From Eledone cirrhosa (Eukaryota): a stretch of DNA of 64,000 nucleotides. This document shows positions 53,667-64,000 of this stretch, piece after piece. The notes under the pieces were generated by a model. It was not told the origin of the DNA and did no database searches. It saw nothing but the letters and a program-made list of their open reading frames with translations. The stretch spans positions 357,430,001-357,494,000 of the forward strand of contig OZ024742.1 in NCBI GenBank assembly GCA_964016885.1, written 5' to 3'. The number at the start of each line of letters is the position of its first letter. The stretch's first letter is position 1. The position numbers and the translations under genes were made by a program.

Positions 53667-56600
53667 TATATTCTATACATATATATGTCATCCAGATATA
53701 TTCTATACATATATATGTCATCTAGATGTATTCTATACATGTGTATGTCATGCAGATGTATTCTATACATATGTATGTCACCTAGATGTATTCTATACAT
53801 ATGCACTTCATCTCGATGTATTCTATACATATATATGTCATCTAGATGTATTCTATACATATGTACGTCATTTAGATGTATTCCATACATATATATGTCA
53901 TCTAGATGTATTCTATACATATGTATGTCATCTAGATGTATTCTATACATATGTATGTCATCTAGATGTATTCTATACATATATATGTCATCCAGATGTA
54001 TTCTATACATATGTATGTCATCTAGATGTATTCTATACATATGTATGTCATCCAGATGTATTCTATTCACATGTATGTCATCTAGATGTATTCTATACAT
54101 ATATATATGTCATCTAGATGTATTCTATACATATATATGTCATATAGATGTATTATATACATATATATATGTTATCTAGAGGTATTATATACATATGTAC
54201 GTCATCCAGATGTATTCTATACATATATATGTCATCTAGATATATTCTATGCATATATATGTCATCCAGATGTATTCTATACATATATATGTCATCTAGA
54301 TGTATTCCATACATATATATATTTCATCCAGATGTATTCTATGCATATATATGTCATCCAGATGTATTCTATACATATATACGTCATCTAGATGTATTCT
54401 ATACATAAGTAATTCATCTAGATGTATTCTATTCACATGTATGTCATCTAGATGTATTCTATACATATATATGTCATCTAGATGTATTCTATACATATGT
54501 ATGTCATCTAGATGTATTCTATACTTATATATGTCGTGCAGCTGTATTCTATTCATATATATGTCATCTAGATGTATTCTATACAAATATATGTCATCCA
54601 GATGTCTTCTATACATATATATGTCATCTAGATGTATTCTATACATATGTATGTCATCTAGATGTATTCTAAACATATATATGTCATCTAGATGTATTCT
54701 ATACAAATATATGTCATCCATATGTCTTCTATACATATATATGTCATGTAGATGTATTCTATTCACATGTGTGTCATCCAGATGTATTCTATTCACATAT
54801 ATGTCATCTAGAAGTATTCTATACATATATATGTCATCCAGATGTATTCTATACATATGTATGTCACCGAGATGTATTCTATACATATGTATGTCATCCA
54901 GATGTATTCTATACATATATATGTCATCTAGATGTATTCTTTACATATATATGTCATCTAGATATATTCTATACATATGTATGTAATCCAGATATATTCT
55001 ATACATATGTACGTCATCTATATGTATTCTATACATATGTATGTCATCTAGATGTATTCTATATATATGTATGTCATCTAGATGTCTTGTATACATATGT
55101 ATGTCATCCAGATGTATTATATACATATGTATGTCATCCAGATGTATTCTATACATATGTATGTCAACTAGATGTATTCTATACATATATATGTCATCTA
55201 GATGTATTCTATACATATATATGTCATCTAGATGTATTCTATACATATGTATGTCATCTAGATATATTCTATACATATATATGTCATCCAGATGTATTCT
55301 ATACATATGTATGTCATCTAGATATATTCTATACATATATATGTCATCCCGATGTATTCTATACATATGTATGTCATCTAGATATATTCTATACATTTAT
55401 ATGTCATCCAGATGTATTCTAAACACATGTATGTCATCTAGATATATTCTATACATATATATGTCATCCCGATGTATTCTATACATATATATGTCATCTA
55501 GATATATTCTATACATATATATGTCATCCCGATGTATTCTATACATATATATGTCACCTAGATGTATTATATACATATGTATGACATACAGATGTATTCT
55601 ATACATATGTATGTCAACTAGATGTATTCTATACATATATATGTCATCTAGATGTATTCTATACATATATATGTCACCTAGATGTATTATATACATATGT
55701 ATGTCATACAGATGTATTCTATACATATGTATGTCATCTAGATGTATTTATACATATGTACGTCATCTAGATATATTCTATACATATATATGTCATCCAG
55801 ATATATTCTATACATATATATGTCATCTAGATGTATTCTATACATGTGTATGTGATGCAGATGTATTCTATACATATGTATGTCATCTAGATGTATTCTA
55901 TACATATGCACTTCATCTCGATGTATTCTATACATATATATGTCATCTAGATGTATTCTATACATATGTAAGTCATCTAGATGTATTCCATACATATATA
56001 TGTCATCTAGATGTATTCTATACATATGTATGTCATCTAGATGTATTCTATACATATGTATGTCATCTAGATGTATTCTATACATATGTATGTCATCTAG
56101 ATGTATTCTATACATATATATGTCATCTAGATATATTCTATGCATATATATGTCATCCAGATGTATTCTATACATATATATGTCATCTAGATGTATTCCA
56201 TACATATATATATTTCATCCAGATGTATTCTATGCATATATATGTCATCCAGATGTATTCTATACATATATACGACATCTAGATGTATTCTATACATAAG
56301 TAATTCATCTAGATGTATTCTATTCACATGTATGTCATCTAGATGTATTCTATACATATATATGTCATCTAGATGTATTCTATACATATGTATGTCATCT
56401 AGGTGTATTCTATACTTATATATGTCGTGCAGCTGTATTCTATTCATATATATGTCATCTAGATGTATTCTATACAAATATATGTCATCCAGATGTCTTC
56501 TATACATATATATGTCATCTAGATGTATTCTATACATATGTATGTCATCTAGATGTATTCTATACATATATATGTCATCTAGATGTATTCTATACAAATA

Positions 56601-59600
56601 TATGTCATCCAGATGTCTTCTATACATATATATATCATCTAGATGTATTCTATTCACATGTGTGTCATCCAGATGTATTCTATTCACATATATGTCATCT
56701 AGAAGTATTCTATACATATATATGTCATCTAGATGTATTCTATACATATGTATGTCACCGAGATGTATTCTATACATATGTGCGTCATCTAGATGTATTC
56801 TATACATATATATGTCATCCAGATGTATTCTATACATATATATGTCATCCAGATGACTTCTATATATATATATGTCACCTAGATGTATTCTATACATATG
56901 TACGTCATCCAGATGTATTCTATACATATGTATGTCATCTAGATGTATTCTTTACATATATATGTCATCTAGATGTATTCTATACATATGTATGCAATCC
57001 AGATGTATTCTATACCTATGTACGTCATCTAGATGTATTCTATACATATGTATGTCATATAGATGTATTCTATACATATGTATGTCATCTCGATGTCTTG
57101 TATACATATGTATGTCATCCAGATGTATTCTATACATATGTATGTCATCCAGATGTATTCTATACATATGTACGTCATCCAGATGTATTCTATACATATG
57201 TATGTCATCTAGATGTATTCTATACATATATATGTCACCTAGATGTATTTTATACATATGTATGTCATCCAGATGTATTCTATACATATGTATGTTATCC
57301 CGATGTATTCTATACATATATATGTCATCTAGATGTATTCTATACATATATATGTCAACTAGATGTATTTCATACATATGTATGTCATCTAGATATATTC
57401 CATTCATATATATGTCATCTAGATCTATTCTATACATATGTATGTCATCTAGATGTATTCTATACATATATATTTCATCTAGATGTATTCTATACATATG
57501 TACTTTATCTAGATGTATTCTATACATATGTATGTCATCTAGATGTATTCTATACATATGTACGTCATCTAGATGTATTCTATACATATGTATGTCATCT
57601 AAATGTATTCTATACATATGTACGTCATCTAGATGTATTCTATACATATACATGACATCTAGATGTATTCTATACAAATATATGTCTTCTAGATGTATTC
57701 TATACATATATATGTCATCTAGATGTATTCTATACATATACATGACATCTAGATGTATTCTATACAAATATATGTCTTCTAGATGTATTCTATACATATA
57801 TATGTCATCTAGATGTATTCTATACATACATATGTCATCTAGATGTATTCTATACATATATATGTCATCTAGATGTACTCTATACATATATATGTCATCT
57901 AGATGTATTCTATACATATATATGTCATCCAGATGTAATCTATACATATATATGTCAACTAGATGTATTCTATACATATTTAAGTCATCCAGATGTATTC
58001 TATACATATATATGTCAACTTGATGTATTCTATACATATATATGTCATCTAGATGTATTCTATACATATGTATGTCATCCAGATGTATTCTATACATATA
58101 TATGTCATCTAGATGTATTCGATACGTATGTATGTCATCTAGATATATTCTATGCATATATATGTCATCTAGATGTATTCTATACATATGTATGTCATCT
58201 AGATGTATTCTATACATATATATGTCATCTAGATGTACTCTATACATATATATGTCATCTAGATGTATTCTATACATATATATGTCATCGAGATGTATTC
58301 TATACATATATATGTCATCTAGATGTATTCTATACATATATATGACATCCAGATGTCTTCTATACATATGTATGTCATCCAGATGTATTCTATTCACATG
58401 TATGTCATCTAGATGTATTCTATATATATATATCTCATCCAGATGTATTCTAGACATATGTATGTCATCTAGATGTATTCTATACATATGTACGTCATGC
58501 AGATGTATTCTATACATACATATGTCATCTAGATGTATTCTATACATATATATGTCTTCTAGATGTATTCTATACATATATATGTCATCTAGATGTATTC
58601 TATACATATATATATATATGTCATCTAGATGTATTCTATACATATGTATGTCATCTAGATGTATTCTATACATATATATGTCACCTAGATGTATTCTATA
58701 CATATGAATGTCATCTAGATGTATTCTATACATATATATGTCATCCAGATGTATTCTATACATATGTATGTCATCTAGATGTATTCTATACATATATATG
58801 TCATCTAGATGTATTCTATACATATGTATGTCATCTAGATGTATTCTATACTTATATATGTCATACAGATGTATTCTATACATATATATGTAATCCAGAT
58901 GTATTCTATACAGATGTATGACATCTAGATGTATTCTATACATATATATGTCACCTAGATGTATTCTATACATATATATGACATCTAGATGTATTCTATA
59001 CATATATATATCAACTAGATATATTCTATTAATATGTATGTCATCTAGATGTATTCTATACATATATATGTCATCTAGATGTATTCTATACATATGTATG
59101 TCATCCAGATGTATTCTATACATATATATGTCATCTAGATGTATTCTATACATATATATGTCATCCAGATGTAATCTATACATATATATGTCATCTAGAT
59201 GTATTCTATACATATATATGTGATCCAGATGTATTCTATACATATGTATGTCATCTAGATGTATTCTATACATATATATATATGTCATCCAATATGTATT
59301 CTATACACATATATATATTATCTAGATGTATTCTATACATATATATGTTATCCAGATGTATTCTATACATATATATGTCATCGAGATGTATTCTATACAT
59401 ATATATGTCATCTAGATGTATTCTATACATATATATGTCATCTAGATGTACTCTATACATATATATGTCATCTAGATGTATTCTATACATATATATGTCA
59501 TCCAGATGTATTCTATACATATATATGTCAACTAGATGTATTCTATACATATATAAGTCATCCAGATGTATTCTATACATATATATGTCAACTAGATGTA

Positions 59601-60118
59601 TTCTATACATATATATGTCATCTAGATGTATTCTATACATATGTATGTCATCCAGATGTATTCTATACATATATATGTCATCTAGATGTATTCGATACGT
59701 ATGTATGTCATCTAGATGTATTCTATACATATATATGTCATCTAGATATATTCTATGAATATATATGTCATCTAGATGTATTCTATACATATGTATGTCA
59801 TCTAGATGTATTCTATACATATATATGTCATCTAGATGTACTCTATACATATACATGTCATCTAGATGTATTCTATACATTTATATGTCATCGAGATGTA
59901 TTCTATACATATATATGTCATCTAGATGTATTCTATACATATATATATATATGTCATCTAGATGTATTCTATACATATGTATGTCATCTAGATGTATTCT
60001 ATACATATATCTGTCACCTAGATGTATTCTATACATATGTATGTCATCTAGATGTATTCTATACATATATATGTCAGCCAGATGTATTCTATACATATGT
60101 ATGTCATCTAGATGTATT

Positions 60119-61154
60119 CATCATCATCATCATCATCACCGTTTTACGTCCGTTCTTCCACGCTAGCATGGGTTAGACGGGTTGTCCTGTTGTGGGCAGT
60201 GTCTGGTCGGCTGACCATGCCTTGCTCATACAGGAACTGATCTGGCTTGATTTCTAGAGCTGGATGCCCTTCCTAACACCAACCTCATTTCCAGTGAGTG
60301 CTGGGTGCTTTTTCGTGGCGCCTACACGTCCACTTTACAGTGTGGGCTGGGTGCTTTTTTGCCGTGGCACCTCCACGACCACCTTGCGGTGGGGGGGGGG
60401 GGGCATATTGTTTATATGCTTCAGCATGTACCCATGGGAGGTCGGGTACCCTGTATTACTGCGTGACGCCAGAAGTCACGGTCGTGTGTCATTGACTTTG
60501 AGAGGTGTAGTTGGGTAAGGTCGGCTTTTATCACCTCATCCCAAGTCATCTTGGGTCTCCCCACTCCGCGGTTTCCATCAACTTCTAGTGCTCTGCACCT
60601 TTTTATGCAGCTGTCATCCTTCATACGCATCACATGTCCATACCAGCGTAACCGCCTCTCCTGCACGCAGCATTTGATTCCTCTTATGCTCAGTCTCTCT
60701 CTCAATTCATTTATGCTTTGTCGTTCACGTATATTACTGTTACACATCCATCGGAGCATGCAGGCTTCGTTTCTCTCTAATCTACGTAAGTCTTCCACCT
60801 TCAGCGCCCAGGTCTCACTACCATGCAACATCGCTGTTCGGATACACGCATCATACAGTCTGCCTTTCATTCTGAGGGAGAAGCCTTTTGCAGCTAGCAG
60901 TGGTAGTAGTTCCCTAAACTTCTTCCATCCCGTTCTTACCCTAGTTATTGTACTTTCTGAGCACCCACCTCCGTTGCTAATTCGGTCACCTAGGTAGCAG
61001 AAGCTGTCTACTGTTTCTACAGGGCCCTCCCAGAGATTGGTGGTACTTGTTTCCTGTGGCTGTTTGCTTGCTGTTTCAGCACAGCTGCTGCATGTGAATC
61101 CTACATTCTTAATTAAGCTTCCTGAGATCCCGCTACATCTCTTGTGTACCCATT
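60119..61154 (-). mobile_element. Duplicate of the 47496-48528 RTE insertion
   Basis: Identical junctions and translation (ORF 60421..61173); G-run is 3 nt longer. Confidence 0.96.
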
Positions 61155-64000
61155 CTATACATATATATGTCATCTAGATGTATTCTATACATATATATGT
61201 CATCTAGATGTATTCTATACATATGTATGTCATCTAGATGTATTCTATACTTATATATGTCATACAGATGTATTCTATACATATGTATGGCATCTAGATG
61301 TATTCTATACATATATATGTCATCCAGATGTATTCTAAACATATGTATGTCATCTAGATGTATTCTATACATATATATGTAATCCAGATGTATTCTATAC
61401 ATATGTATGACATCTAGATGTATTCTATACATATATATGTCATCTAGATGTATTCTATACATATATATGTCATCTAGATGTATTCTATACATATATATAT
61501 ATATGTCACCTAGATGTATTCTATACATATATATGTCATCTAGGTGTATTCTATACATATATATGTCACCCAGATGTATTCTATACATATGTATGTCATC
61601 TAGATGTATTCTATACATAAACATGTCATCCAGATGTATTCTATGCATATGTATGTCATCCAGATGTATTCTATACATATATATGTCATCTAGGTGTATT
61701 CTATACATATGTATGTCATCCAGATGTATTCTATACATATGTATGTCATCCAGATGTATTCTATACATATATATGTCATCCAGATGTATTCTATACATAT
61801 ATACGTCATCTAGATGTATTCTATACATAAGTAATTCATCTAGATGTATTCTATACATATGTACGTCATCCAGATGTATTATATACATATATATGTCATC
61901 CAGATGTATTCTATACATATGTATGTCATCTAGATGTACTCTATACATATATGTGTCATCTAGACGTATTCTATACATATGTATGTCATCTAGATGTATT
62001 CTATACATATGTATGTCATCCAGATGTATTATATACATATATATGTCATCTAGATGTATTCTATACATATATATGTCATCCAGATGTATTCTATACATAT
62101 GTACGTCATCTAGATGTATTCTATACATATATATATATGTCATCATCCAATATGTATTCTATACATATATATATATTATCTAGATGTATTCTATACATAT
62201 ATATGTCATCCAGATGTATTCTATACATATGTATGTCATCTAGATGTACTCGATACATATATATGTCATCTAGATGTATTCTATACATATGTACGTCATC
62301 CAGATGTATTATATACATATATATGTCATCCAGATGTATTCTATTCATATGTATGTCATCTCGATGTCTTGTATACATATGTATGTCATCCAGATGTATT
62401 CTATACATATGTATGTCATCCAGATGTATTCTATACATATGTACGTCATCCAGATGTATTCTATACATATGTATGTCATCTAGATGTATTCTATACATAT
62501 ATATGTCACCTAGATGTATTCTATACATATGTATGTCATCCAGATGTATTCTATACATATGTATGTTATCCCGATGTATTCTATACATATATATGTCATC
62601 TAGATGTATTCTATACATATATATGTCAACTAGATGTATTCCATACATATGTATGTCATCTAGATATATTCCATTCATATATATGTCATCTAGATGTATT
62701 CTATACATATGTATGTCATCTAGATGTATTCTATACATATATATTTCATCTAGATGTATTCTATACATATATATGTCATCGAGATGTATTCTATACATAT
62801 ATATGTCATCTAAATTTATTCTATACATATATATGTCAACTAGATGTATTCTATACATATATAAGTCATCCAGATGTATTCTATACATATATATGTCAAC
62901 TAGATGTATTCTATACATATATATGTCATCTAGATGTATTCTATACATATGTATGTCATCCAGATGTATTCTATACATATATATGTCATCCAGATGTCTT
63001 CTATACATACGTATGTCATCCAGATGTATTCTATTCATATGTATGTCATCTAGATGTATTCTATATATATCTATCTCATCCAGATGTATTCTAGACATAT
63101 GTATGTCATCTAGATGTATTCTATACATATGTACGTCATCCAGATGTATTCTATACATATATATGTCATCTAGATGTATTCTATACATATATATGTCATC
63201 TAGATGTATTCTATACATATATATGTCATCTAGATGTATTCTATACATATATATATATATGTCATCTAGATGTATTCTATACATATGTATGTCATCTAGA
63301 TGTATTCTATACATATATCTGTCACCTAGATGTATTATATACATATGTATGTCATCTAGATATATTCTATACATATATATGTCAGCCAGATGTATTCTAT
63401 ACATATGTATGTCATCTAGATTTATTCTATACATATATATGTCATCTAGATGTATTCTATACATATATATGTCATCTAGTTATATTCTATACATATGTAT
63501 GTCATCTAGATGTATTCTATACTTATATATGTCATACAGATGTATTCTATACATATGTATGGCATCTAGATGTATTCTATACATATATATGTCATCCAGA
63601 TGTATTCTAAACATATGTATGTCATCTAGATGTATGTCATCTAGATGTATTCTATACATATATATGTAATCCAGATGTATTCTATACATATGTATGACAT
63701 CTAGATGTATTCTATACATATATATGTCACCTAGATGTATTCTATACATATATATGTCATCTAGGTGTATTCTATACATATATATGTCACCCAGATGTAT
63801 TCTATACATATGTATGTCATCTAGATGTATTCTATACATATACATATCATCCAGATGTATTCTATACATATGTATGTCATCCAGATGTATTCTATACATA
63901 TATATGTCATCTAGGTGTATTCTATACATATGTATGTCATCCAGATGTATTCTATACATATGTATGTCATCTAGATGTATTCTATACACATGTACGTCAT

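Larger units (their letters stand above)
39575..64000. repeat. 30-bp satellite array, >24 kb, continuing past the window end
   Basis: Consensus GTCATC(T/C)AGATGTATTCTATACATAT(A/G)TAT, roughly 700 units, interrupted by four insertions. Confidence 0.99.

Noticed and set aside
39549-63989. Very long ORFs in the satellite (e.g. 1431 aa MYRIHLDDIY repeats; SSRCILYIYM; CHLDVFYTYI)
   Set aside because: The 30-bp unit is a multiple of 3 and stop-free in several frames on both strands; frames are broken by TA slippage and TE insertions; no coding signal

Overview
AT-rich animal genomic DNA. The SINE/LINE repertoire resembles cephalopod (Octopus-type) repeats; this is an inference from recalled family motifs, not a database result. 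No host gene can be supported. Bases 1-39.3 kb are a mosaic of microsatellites and decayed elements: RTE-clade LINE fragments (one subfamily has a PHD-like C4HC3 finger inside ORF2), an L1/Tx1-like fragment, two R4/Dong-like LINEs at (TAA)n tracts, tRNA-derived SINEs, hAT and piggyBac-type MITEs, and an 82-bp array running into a 200-N gap. From ~39.6 kb to the end is a 30-bp satellite (GTCATCTAGATGTATTCTATACATATATAT) with nested higher-order duplications, including a ~12.6-kb duplication that carries a LINE insertion. Its long ORFs are artefacts. The most notable unannotated signal is a cluster of type I hammerhead-ribozyme motifs from about six sequence-unrelated families (2.8-8.8 kb, plus 23.2 and 53.6 kb). 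Most sit in inverted repeats between (TA)n tracts, consistent with Penelope-like/retrozyme remnants, and the one at 8091-8122 has a fully canonical core. Boundaries of decayed elements are approximate.
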